Source: an uncultured Gemmatimonadaceae bacterium
Lineage (GTDB): Bacteria > Gemmatimonadota > Gemmatimonadetes > Gemmatimonadales > Gemmatimonadaceae
NCBI GenBank assembly: GCA_963790305.1
Contig: CAWBOC010000002.1
Span: forward strand, 96,001-160,000
Direction: 5' to 3'
DNA: 64,000 nt
The notes below the pieces were generated by a model. It was not told the DNA's origin, did not search any database, and saw only the letters and a program-made list of their open reading frames with translations. The stretch's first letter is position 1; every line of letters starts with the position of its first letter. Made by a program: the position numbers and the translations under genes. Of this stretch, positions 39,760 through 50,489 are shown in pieces.

Positions 39760-42700
39760 CGTCCGCCGACCAGGACGAACCCCGCCCAGTAGAACGGATC
39801 CGCCGTCGCTGACTGTCGCAGAGCTTCACGTTGCGCGGCCGACAACGCCGAGCCTTCGGTCTCACCGGCGCGCAACCGTCGATACAACATTCGCATCACC
39901 CTCGCCGTCGCGCGATCTTCGACTGGCCAGAGGGTCGCGATGACATTCGACGCTCCGATGCCAAGAAAGGCGCGAACGAGTCCCACCCAGTCGTCGCCCG
40001 CTGGCACGTCCGTCACCAACCCGAGGCCAGCGCGGTCTGACACGCGCTGAGCACGACCAATCGCGCCCTGAGCTCGAGTCCAAAGACCTCGTGCACTTCA
40101 AGCCGGCCGTCGACATCCGCGCCAGGCGACAATGCGACGTAAGAGAACATCGGATTGTGCTTGTTGAGCACGCCATACGTCGCGAGGTGCACGATGCCGT
40201 GCTGCGGCGCCTCCACACGAAACGCCGCCTCCGACGCCGCACCATCCCGGAGCACCGTCGCCTGACGGCCGAAAAGCGACCGGATCATCTCGACCTCCTC
40301 ACCCGATCCCGGCAAGGCCGCCGAGCGCGGGGCGAGCGCCAGGACGTCCGATCCCCTGGGTGTCGGGCGCTCGCCGAGGCGCAGCCACACCGACGCCGAT
40401 GGAGCGTAGGCGATGTCGTATTGCTCGATGAGAAACGTGTCGCGCGGGCCAGAGCGGAGGAGCGCCGCAAAAGGGAGGTAATGCAGCTCGGCGTGTGGAA
40501 TGATGATGAGCCGCTGGACGCCTTTGAGGGCCCCGGCATTCTCGAGCGGCGCAATGAGATATTCGTGCAGACGGCGTAGCGGCGTGCGCCAGGCGGCACG
40601 TGCGGCCGACGTCGCGGCCTTGGGACGCGAGAGAGTGCCGCGCGCGAAATCCACCAGCGACTCGATCGCACGACGTCCCGCGTCCAGGTCGACGACGCGC
40701 AGGGTATCACGCGTCAGCACGAAGACAACGGTGCCGGAGTCCGCCACCAGATATTCCAGCATCACCTCGCCGGGTCGAAGGCGACCGGCGACCTCGCGCC
40801 ATCCGGACACCTCTCCGCGAACGATTCGCGCATATGACCACGCATCCTCGCGGAGCGCGAGAAGAAGCTCCTCGTATTGCTCGTGCGCTCGCGCAAGCAC
40901 GTGTCGGGTGGTACCGGGCTCACTCCGGGGATCGTCGACGAGCGTTCGCCCACGCCGGGTGCCGACCGTGGTCTCCTCGACCTCCACGCGCTGTGTCAGC
41001 TCAATGATCCGTCGTCGAAGATCCTGCTCTCGCTCGACCAGCCCGGAATCCAGCGACATGGGCCGTGTCACGCGTCCTCGTGCCAGGAGATCGAGCATCT
41101 GCCGTGCACGCATCCGCTCGCTCGCCGCGAAGGCGGCGGCGGCGTCCCCGCGCGCCCGTTCCACCATGGCGAGCTGTGCGTACACGTCCCACTTGTCCGC
41201 GAGGAACGCGGCGCGACGCTCCTCGAGCCTGAGCGTTCCGGCGACCCGCTCGATGTCCTCGACCGATGCGCGCAGCTCGGCTGCGGCATCGCCCAAGGCT
41301 CCGCGGCGGTGCAGTGCGCGGCCCAGACCCGCGCGCAGCTGCCATGACACCGGCGCCGCGGGACGCCTCGTCAGGCGCGAGAGGCCGCGGCGATACAGCC
41401 TCTCCGCCGCGAGTGGCCGGCCCTCGTCGAGCTCGAGGTCGGCGAGCGCGCTCAATGCCGCCGCTTCCCCGACGACGTCGCCTAACGCGCGCAGGCTGTC
41501 GGTGGCCTGTTCCAGCGTTCGGCGTGCCCCGGCGACATCACCCTGGCGGTGCTGCACGTGTCCGATCATGAGCTGCGTCAGCGCTGCCGGCCGCCGGTCG
41601 CCAGAGGCGGCCTGGGCTTGCCCTGCCGCGCGCAGGACCACCAGCGCGCGCGCATACTGGCGTCGCTCACTCAACAGCATGCCCAGCCCGTGCTGCGCCT
41701 CGGCCCGCTCCGCGCGCATTCCCGCCCGCCGGTACAGCACCTCCGCGCGCGCATACTGCCGCTCCGCTTCGGGATAGCTATTGAGCAGCATCGCGAGATC
41801 AGCGCGAGCGAGCGCCACTCCCGCTACCAGCTCGGGATCGGATTCGGCACGAACGAGCCGCTCCGCACGCTGTAGCTGCGCCGACGCACCGCTCAGGTCG
41901 CCGGCGGCCGCGGCCACCGAAGCCAGGTCACGTCGAACGAGCACGACGTCGGCTGGCGTTCCGGCGCGGCCGAAGATCGCCAGGGCCTCGGTGAGACGAG
42001 CCTTCGCGGTCGCGTAGTCACCGCGACGCAGCGCCAGCAATCCGAGATTGTGCAGGACGAGCGCGGCATCGACGTCAACGCCGGCGGTGCGATAGACGGC
42101 GAGCGCCTCCACATATCGCCGCGCCGCTTCGGCGTACTCGCCCTCGGTGCTGGCCGCGTTGCCGAGGTTGAGCAGTGCCGCCGCGGCTGCCTCGTCGTGC
42201 GCATGCCGCCGCGCGATGCCGAGCGCCTCCTCGTAATGCCCCCGCGCATCCTCGGTCTCGCCCAGCTCCGCGGAGAGCAACCCCAGGTTGTTGTGATCGG
42301 CGGCGGTTCCGCGCATGTCGCCGATGCGCGAACGGAGATCCAGCGCACGGGAATACATCACTCGCGCTCGATGTAGGTCGCCTCGGTCCTTGGCGACGCT
42401 GCCCAGCGTGTTGAGCGCATTGAGGGCGGTGCGGCGATCGCCAACCGATTCGGCGAGCTCTCTCGCCCGTTCGAGCAAGGTTTCGGCGCTATCGAGCTCG
42501 GCGAGCCGATACATCCCGGCGCCAATGTTGCCTAACGCCGCCGCGATGCCAGCTGTATCGTTGATCGCGGTGGAGCGGCGCATCGCTTCGCGCCACAGAC
42601 GAAGGGCGGCGTCGATGCCCGACTGGCCTTGCGCCGCGTTTCCGGCGCGGCGAACGCTGTCACTCTCCAGCTTCGCCATGCGCTCACGAGCTTCCAGGCG

Positions 42701-42997
42701 TGCGAAGCGCGTCACCTGGGCAAGCGGAAACGAGTCTTCCCACGCCGAGGCGTACACTCTGCCGACACGCCGGGCGAGCGCGAGAACAGAGTCCGCGTGG
42801 ATCACTCGACGCCGGCCCGCCTCGATCAGCAGCAAACGCACGACCTCGCGCGCATTGTCGGGGTAGTCGCGGACGGCATTGAGGAGCGCCGTCTCATCGT
42901 TGCGCATTGCAAGCGTGCGGATGCGGTCGGTCGAGGGTGGCTGAGCGGACAGTCCCTGAGCGACAGCGAGTGCAGCCGCGATGAGCGCGATCCTCAT
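39756..42997 (-). CDS. Exported TPR-CHAT (caspase-like) protein (frameshift ~40030)
   Basis: Signal peptide MRIALIAAALAVAQGLSA; TPRs (ALGNIG, LNTLG, HNNLG, LLNLG); PHAELHYLPF, HLATYG, LVVLSACQT, ATLWPV, PFYWAGF. Confidence 0.9.
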
Positions 42998-43576
42998 TGT
43001 CCTGGTCGCCCGCGAAGACGAAACTCGACCAGCTCCGACTCCACCCGGCGGTCGAAACCGGTCTGGGCTTCCACTCGCCAGTAGTATGCTGTCTGTTGAG
43101 TCAGCAGCACGGTTGACGGCAGTGCCACGACGGTGTCGGGGGTTTCGTGCTCCCATATCACCGTTCCGTCGCGGTCGAAAAGCCGCACGCGGTAGCCGCT
43201 CGCGTCGGACACCGACGACCATGTCAATTCGCTCGCGGCGTCGACGGTTCCGATTGGAACGATCGGCCGCGGTGCGAGCGCTGTCCCCGACTCCTGGCGA
43301 TGTTGCGGTGAGCCCTCCTGACGCGCCGTCCGCGGCGCCACCCAGAGGAGCGCGAGCACTGCGGCCGCGGCGGCGGGAATCCAGACGCGTCGTGATACAC
43401 CGCCGGATCGAGGCGCCCCATGCACGACCTGCATCACCTCACCCACCTCGGCCCGGCATTCGGTGCATTGGGCGAGGTGCGCCTGAATCAATGCACGCTC
43501 CCGCTCGCCGACGACTCCATTCGACGTAGGCTGCGATCTCGTGCGGATCGAGGTGTTCATTGAATGGGTCGGTCAT
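42994..43576 (-). CDS. zf-HC2 anti-sigma factor with TM and periplasmic domain (frameshift ~43521)
   Basis: MTDPFNEHLDPHEIAAYVD + GVVGERERALIQAHLAQCTECR; TM; YYWRVEA; ATGA overlap with CHAT. Confidence 0.85.
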
Positions 43577-43621
43577 CGCTTCATTCAACGGACAGGTCGT
43601 GGTCGGTTGCGGCTCGGATTT

Positions 43622-44290
43622 TCACGGCTCCGCCTCCACCACGCCCCGCCGCGCGAGGGCGCGCTTCAGCTCGGAAAGCGCCGCCCCGACGCGCCGGTAG
43701 ACGTGGAATACGGTTGGCAGATTCATCATTGCGGCGATTTCCCGGACCGGGCGCTCGTCCTCGAAGCGGAGTGCGAGGAGCAGGCGGTCCGACGGCTCGA
43801 GCTCATCCAGCGCCTGGCGCAGCGCACGCGTCAGCTCCTCACGGCGAAGGTCAAGGTCGGGGCTGCTTGATGAGGACGAGGCGATCTGCTCGGGATCGAT
43901 CTCGGTTGCGACGAGATCTTCGAGCCGGCGCCGCGCGGTGTGCTCCTCGCGACGCGCTCCGTCATCGCTGCGGGTCCGGCCGTAGCGATGCCTCTGGTAA
44001 TCGAGCAGAAGGCGTCGTGCGACGACCACGAGCCAGGTCGTGAATCGGGTCGTTAGGTGAGGCGTGTACGCGCGAAGACGCCGGTAAGAGTCTTCGCGCA
44101 GCTTCTCGACGACGTGGGCGTATCCGTCCATCGCCGCATTGCGGTCGCGCACCACCGTCCGGCAGGTGTGCAGCAGAAGACCGCTGTATGCGGTAAGGAA
44201 CTTCGCCCATGCCTCTTCCTGGTCAGCCGCTTGCGCGCTCAGAACGCGCGAGAGCTCCGGAGGAAGGCTGGGTGCATGCGGCGGCTGCAT
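43622..44290 (-). CDS. ECF RNA polymerase sigma-70 factor
   Basis: AWAKFL, RFTTWLVVVARRLLLDYQR, LLLALRFEDERPVREIAAMM. Confidence 0.88.
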   Translation of the reverse strand: MQPPHAPSLPPELSRVLSAQAADQEEAWAKFLTAYSGLLLHTCRTVVRDRNAAMDGYAHVVEKLREDSYRRLRAYTPHLTTRFTTWLVVVARRLLLDYQRHRYGRTRSDDGARREEHTARRRLEDLVATEIDPEQIASSSSSSPDLDLRREELTRALRQALDELEPSDRLLLALRFEDERPVREIAAMMNLPTVFHVYRRVGAALSELKRALARRGVVEAEP

Positions 44291-44473
44291 TGGCTGTGGA
44301 ACCCCACGTCGGGTAGGCCGGGCAACGTGGTCCAGGGGAGACTACGCTACAGCTTCCCCGCGTGGGGCGCAAACATTTGACCGCCGCTCAGCCTGGATGC
44401 AGGTGTGGCCGCGCCCGCCTTCTGGTTCTTGAACCGGTGACGCGTCATTGCCTCACGAAACGTCGATTAAAGC

Positions 44474-44509
44474 AAGGGGGTCGCGACGCCGCGGCGTCGC
44501 GACCCCCTT
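44474..44509 (-). terminator. Perfect 36-bp palindrome, probable terminator of the hydrolase gene
   Basis: AAGGGGGTCGCGACGCCG-CGGCGTCGCGACCCCCTT, followed on the minus strand by GCTTTAAT. Confidence 0.55.
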
Positions 44510-44620
44510 CGGTACCTGCCAACGGGTTGGTCGAACCTCTCCGCACGTCTTCACGCGGCAATTGAGCGTGCCGGGACCTATCGCGCCGATGGCGGATACG
44601 TCAGGTTCGCCATCCCAACG

Positions 44621-46800
44621 TCACGGGATGTAGTTGAAGACCTCCGGTAGCGGCAACCCAACGGGCACCTCGAAAAAGCGCTGTGGCTCCGGGTGAAGGA
44701 TCGTCGCACCACCCGAGGAGAAGAATACGGCGATCTGCCGCTGCGCGCCGATCGCAATCTCCCGGAAAGCGAACGTCCCCGTGGCCGGCATGAACCCGTG
44801 CCCATTCTTCGGGAGCGCGCCGTTCTCGGCGCGAGCCAAGTCGTGAAGGTAGTAGGTCGTGACGTCCGCCAGCTCGCCCGCGCGCAGCATCATGCTCGTG
44901 ATGGGGTTCGGCACGTTCTGATCGCCCTTGGCGAACTGGATCAGTACCGGTCGCGAGCGCACGCCGGAGAGCGGCGCCTTGCGGAGATGCGGCATGTACG
45001 CCATCGCGTCGCCGGACATCGCGGCCCACTCGATGTTCTCGAACGCGGCCTGGATGGCCATCGCCCCGGCGATGTCGTTGACTCGCGGCGGCTCGTTCCG
45101 GAGCGGCAGGTTCTCGTTGTAGCGCGGTGTGCCAACGGGAACGCCCCCGATTGTCGCGAGGCCCGAAGGGTTGATCAGCGAGGGGATACGCTCGTCGAGC
45201 CACCGTCCACGGCTGGCCCGGAAGACCGGCGAGAGACTTCCCCGAACAGCCTGCAGCGCCACCGGCACATTCAGCACGGCTGCCGACACGCTGGGGTCGA
45301 CGGCAAAAAGCTGCGCGCCGTACATGCCGCCTAGCGAGTGGCCGGCGTAGTAGATCCTTGATCGATCGAGCTCCGGAGACCCGTCTCCGTCGACATCGAC
45401 GCCCGCCTCGATCACGCGGACGAGCTGCATCAGATCGACGACCGTCTGCCGAAGTCCATCACGGTCGCGCAACACCCTCCGCGGCGCCGCGGCGTCAATG
45501 CCCTCTTGTGCGTCGATGGTCCCGTTGCCGTCTTGATCGATCCCGCGCCCTCCGGAGGCGAGGGTCACAGACCGAGCGCCGACGAGCGACACGGTGAGCG
45601 TGCTGCCTGCGCCGAAGCCGTGGCCGACCGCGTTGATGGTGACCGTGGCAATCCCACGTTCGGCCATGGTGGCCGCGATGCCCAAGGAGAAACCCTCCTT
45701 CGCCCCTCCGCTGCCGTGGCCGACAATCGCCACCGGCCACCCGCCCCCCGGCGCGGGACCTGAGGGTAGGAACAGGTTGAAATAGACGTCGTTCCAGCCT
45801 TGGACGGTCGGGCCGCTCCGGGTTGGAGCCGGCGGAATGAACTCCCCGGGATGCAGCATGTAGTCGGGCGAGCGGAACTTCCCGAACGCGATGCGGCCGA
45901 CGACGCTTTCGCCATTCTGGGAGCCGATGGAGGTCGACCAGGCCTACGTTGAGCGGCGTCGAGCTCAGCGTCGGACCGGCCGTCATTCTGACGGTTCCAC
46001 ATCATGCCGGTCACGTCATTCCGATTGAATACCGCGCGGCTGCCCTCCGGGCCCACGCCGAAGTCCGCACGGTCAGCTGAGCCTGCCTTGATCTGGTCCC
46101 GGATCTTCTCCAGGATCGCCGTGGCACTCTGGGTCGTGAACACGCTCGCCATGGCGATCTCCTCCTCCTGTACTCCCGCGAGCCGAGCCGCGTGAACTGC
46201 CTCGAGGAGTGCGTGCTTGTAATCGTCCCTCTCGGTCTGACGGAAGCTTTGAAACGCCTCGGTCACGCCGATCGGCGCAGCGGAGGCGTCGCGTACCGCG
46301 CGGGTTACGATGAGCGCATAACGCGTGTGCTGCTGGAGGAGCTCGTCCGATTCGGCGTGAAGCGTGTTGGTCCCTGGATCCCAGACGACCTGATTGATGC
46401 CGATCTTCCGCCCGCCGCCGTCTCGAGCGTTGACCGGATCCCCGAGCTCGATCAGGAAGATGGCCTCGCTCGTCGGTGAGCTCACGTCAATCGGGCCGTC
46501 GAACGGGATTGAGAGCCTCGGCTGAAGGTTGAACCCGTCCAGCGTGTTGAGCACCTCCACGTCCTCGCAGTCGGTGGGGCGCGCGGCACAGTCAGGCAGC
46601 GGGAGGTGAACGCGTCGACCAGTGTTTTGGGCTGGGTCAGCCAGGGTAAACCGGTCACTCGGGAAGAGGCCGATGGGAGGATCTCGGTCTGCGATGGAGA
46701 AGCTTGGCCCGGCCGCCGGAACGGGCGCGATCGGGGCTTCGGTGCAGCCAGAGAGAGCAGCCATTGTGATGAGAACGCAGGGAAAAATCCGGGTCTTCAT
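44621..46800 (-). CDS. Ig-like + alpha/beta hydrolase lipoprotein (extracellular lipase-like; frameshifts ~45900-45990)
   Basis: LSGC lipobox; LNTLDGFN; AIVGHG; YAGHSLGG nucleophile; GDQNVPN. Confidence 0.75.
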
Positions 46801-47030
46801 GTGTCCCTCCCGATGCCGGGCGATCGGGTTTCGGAGCCTGCGCCAATGTCAAACGGACCGCGTGGCGCAGATTGCGGTCGAGCGCCATGACGGGCGTTGC
46901 GCAGGCTCGACGCGTTGCCGCGGCGTCCTTTTTGTTGGGAGGCACGCTGAAATCAGGATCGGTTCCAGCCAATCGCCGACGGAACCGTCGAACGTCAACA
47001 CCCGATAGAGCACCGCCTATCTGCCACGAC

Positions 47031-48774
47031 TTATTCGGGCCCTACCACCTGGGGATCTGCCGTGAGGAGCTTGTCGATCTCCTCCGACGGCACCGGCTTC
47101 GAGAACAAATAGCCCTGCGCGTACTCACACCCGATCTCGCGAAGCGTCGCGAGCTGGGACTCAGTCTCGACCCCCTCGGCTACCGCCGCCGACGCCGATG
47201 TTGCTCGCCAGCGCCTGCACGGTGCGAACGAGCTGCAGATGCGTCGGCTCGGTCTGCATCCGCATGACGAACGAGCGGTCGATCTTGATCGCGTCCAGCG
47301 GCCACTGATGCAGCGAGCCTAACGACGAGTAGCCGGTGCCGAAGTCGTCGAGGTAGATTCGGACCCCGAGCTGACGGAGCGCCGCCAGCATCTCGAGGGT
47401 GCGCGCCGAGTCCTCGATCGCGATGCTCTCCGTGATCTCGAGCCGGAGCAGCTTGGGATCGATGCCGGTCGCCTGGATCGTCTCCTGCACCCGGCTGACG
47501 AACTCGAGCTGCGTAAATTCGCGCACCGAGAGATTCACGCTGATGCTGAGCGGGGATCGCGAACTGAACCGCTCCTGCCACGCCCGAAGCTGGCGGCAGG
47601 CCTGCACCGAGAACGTACGACCCGATGGGAATGATCAACCCGGTCTCTTCAGCCAGCGGGATGAACTCGAGCGGCGGAATGACTCGCTGTCGAGCCTGCC
47701 AGCGCACCAGCGCCTCGAGCTCCGTGATGCGCCCCGACCGGAGATCGACCATTGGCTGGTAGTAGACGACGAACTCGCGCCGATCCACAGCGCGGTGGAG
47801 ATCGGTCTCCGCCTTGAGACGCGTGAGCGCACGCGCCTGCATCACCCGGTCGAACATCTCGAACCGACTGCGACCAGCGCGCTTCGCACGAGACAGCGCA
47901 ATGTCGGCGCACTGGAGCAGCTCCGCGGACCCTTGCGACGTGCCAGCGAGCTCGTCACCACCCCCATGCTTGCGGAGGGAAAGATCTCGGCCGATTCCCC
48001 GTCATCAGCACGCAAGAGGACCGGAGCGGCGAGCGCCTCACGAATACGCTCGGTCACACGCCCCGCGTCTGTCTCGTCGGCGAGGCTCTCGAGCAGGATC
48101 GCAAAGTCGTCACCGCCCAGGCGCGCGACCGTGTCCTCCCCGCGCACGCAGGTTCCCAGCCGGCGGGCCATCTCGATCAGCAGCTCGTCGCCCGCGCCAT
48201 GACCCAGGCTGTCATTCACGGCCTTGAACCCGTCGAGGTCGAGCACCACGACCGCGAAACGAAAGTCCTTGTGGCGACGGCCGCGGGTCACCGCGTGAGC
48301 GAGCCGATCGAGGAAGAGCGAGCGATTCGGCAGGCCGGTCAGCGCGTCGTGAAGCGCGTGACGACGAAGGTGGATCTCGGTCGAAACCCAGTCAGCGAGA
48401 TCCGTGATCGCCGCCGACGTCTCGATCGGACCAGTGTCGTGGTTCGTTGTCGAGCACCCAGAGTGTGCCCGCTGCGCGCAACAGCGTTGCCGACGCTCAC
48501 CGCGACGTAGGCACTGCGCCGGCACCGGTGGCTGCGGTGGCGTGGTCGACGACCGGCCCGCATCGCGCGTCGTGCGACGAGCAGATCGGCTCCGCGGGCG
48601 CGCGTCGCCTCCGTGAGCAGGTATTGAGAGCGCGGGTTTGCCAAAGGCGGCCCCCACGATTCGCGTGAGCCGCTCGACCGACTCGCTAGGCAGGAGGGCG
48701 AGCAGGGATCGGTTCGGTGTGTGCGTGCGACTTTCCTCTTGCAATGGGACGTGTCGGGAGGGCCACCAGGCCAT
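47031..48774 (-). CDS. GGDEF-EAL protein, fragmented by multiple frameshifts
   Basis: HDALTGLPNR, DLDGFKAVNDSLGHGAGD, RLGGDDF; LEALVRW, LEITES, DDFGTGYSS, AEGVET..QGYLFSKP. Confidence 0.8.
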
Positions 48775-48878
48775 TCCTATGACGGCCGACGTCTCGGCAG
48801 GAAACGTCAGATCATAACAAAGGGGTGCATTGCAGGACCGCGCTACACCCCTCCCCGACCTCCCGCACGCCGGGGATC

Positions 48879-49590
48879 CTAGACCGAGCAGGCTCTCACG
48901 AACGCGGTCACCGCCTCGGGCCGGAGCCGCCGCCCGCGTCCTCGTCATGCTTGAAGAAGACGTACGCCTCGCTCCATGTCTGGCCGCTCACGCATTTGGC
49001 CCACTCGCCTAACGCCCCGTCAGTGTAGTCCGGGCGGTGGAGCCGCAAGTATCCCCACGACGCCGTCGCGTGCACGGGACACTTGAAGTCCTCCTGCTCG
49101 GCGAGACACATCGCGACGTCGTGCTCGCGCAGCGCGGCGAACACGTCGTCGTCGAACCAGCTCTCGTGGCGGAACTCGATGCGTGAACCGGCGATCGGAG
49201 GGGAGCAGCCCGAGGAAGCCGCGCAGGCGCGCCGTGTCCTTCTGCATGTTCGGCGGAAGCTGGAACAGAATCGGGTCCCAGCCGATCGCCGAGCGTCGCG
49301 GTATTTCGGAGCAGGTAATCGACGGTGTCAGCGCAGTCGGGCTTGAGCCGCGAGTAGTGCGTGATGCGCTGGCTCGCCTTGATCGAGAAGGTGAACTGCT
49401 CGGGAACCTGCGCCGCCCACTCCCGCAACACGTTCTCCTTCGGCAGCCGGTAGAACGTGTTGTTGATCTCGACGGTCGGAAACTTCGAGGCGTAGTAGCC
49501 CAGCCACCCGTCGCTCTTCAGGTCGTCCGGATAAAACGAGCCCTTCCACTCCTTGAACGCATAGCCGCTCGTCCCCGCGAGCAGCTTCAT
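48879..49590 (-). CDS. DUF72 (YecE-like) protein (frameshifts)
   Basis: AGTSGYAFKEWKGSFYP, TVEINNTFYRLP, FSIKASQRITH, YLRLH, YVFFKH; ATGA-coupled to ku. Confidence 0.85.
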
Positions 49591-50399
49591 GACACCATGC
49601 GCCCCGCTTTGGTCTCTTCGGGCTTCGACGTCTTCGCGAGGCTCGCCTTCAGCGCTTCCATCAGGTCGAGGATCTTGCCGCTCGAGTCCGGCTGCACGTC
49701 GGACGTGATGTCCTGACCCTCCACCTTCCGCTGGATCGCCTCGAGCACCCGCTCGCGAACGGTGTCCTTGTACTTGTTCGGCTCGAACGACTCGTTGACC
49801 AGCTGCTCGATGAGCTGCTTGGCGAGCGCGAGCTCGGCGGGCTTCACTTCGCCAGGTGGAACCGTGACCTCGTGCGCGGGCCGGACCTCCTCCGCGTACT
49901 TGAGCTGCTCCATGGCGAGAATGCCGTTGAGCGGGCGGAGCAGCACGAGCGTCTGGCCCCCGCGCGCGGCATACTGTCCGAGCGCAGCTCGACCGGTCTC
50001 TCGGAGCGCCTCGCACAGCAGGCGATAGGCGCGGTCTCCTCCCTTATCCGGTCCCAGGTAGTACACTTTGTCGACGTACTCCCGATCGACCTTCTCGAGC
50101 GGGACGAACTCGACGACCTCGATCATCCCCGTCGCCTTTTCGTCCAGCGCCTTCAGCTCCTCGGCGGTGAAGACCACGTACTGGTCTTTCGCGAACTCGT
50201 ATCCCTTGACGGTCTCGTCACGTCCGACGATCTCGTTGTCCTTGGGACAGGTGTACTGCTGCTTGAGCCGCGTGTTGCACTTCTTGTGGAGCATGTTGAA
50301 CGACACGCTGCTCTTCGATTCCGATGACGAATAGAGGTTCACCGGAACGGAGACGAGGCCGAACGAGATTGTCGCGGTAGCTATGGAACGAGGGGGCAT
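49587..50399 (-). CDS. ku: NHEJ DNA end-binding protein Ku
   Basis: ISFGLVSVPVNLY, VKGYEF, YYLGPD, RAYRLL, YKDTVRE, LDLMEALKASL. Confidence 0.93.
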   Translation of the reverse strand: MPPRSIATATISFGLVSVPVNLYSSSESKSSVSFNMLHKKCNTRLKQQYTCPKDNEIVGRDETVKGYEFAKDQYVVFTAEELKALDEKATGMIEVVEFVPLEKVDREYVDKVYYLGPDKGGDRAYRLLCEALRETGRAALGQYAARGGQTLVLLRPLNGILAMEQLKYAEEVRPAHEVTVPPGEVKPAELALAKQLIEQLVNESFEPNKYKDTVRERVLEAIQRKVEGQDITSDVQPDSSGKILDLMEALKASLAKTSKPEETKAGRMVS

Positions 50400-50489
50400 G
50401 GTCGGCAACCTGGTGGGGGGCGCGAAGACGACGAGCAGAACGCGCTCAAGGAAACTCTTACCTCGTACGCGTTTCGGATGCAAGAGGTG

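Noticed and set aside
39756..44290. Craspase (type III-E CRISPR) locus
   Set aside because: TPR-CHAT and a sigma factor are present, but there is no Cas7-11, Csx30/31 or array, and the CHAT has a signal peptide
48100..48125. GGDDF instead of GGDEF as an inactive cyclase
   Set aside because: A conservative single change in an error-rich region; activity cannot be inferred
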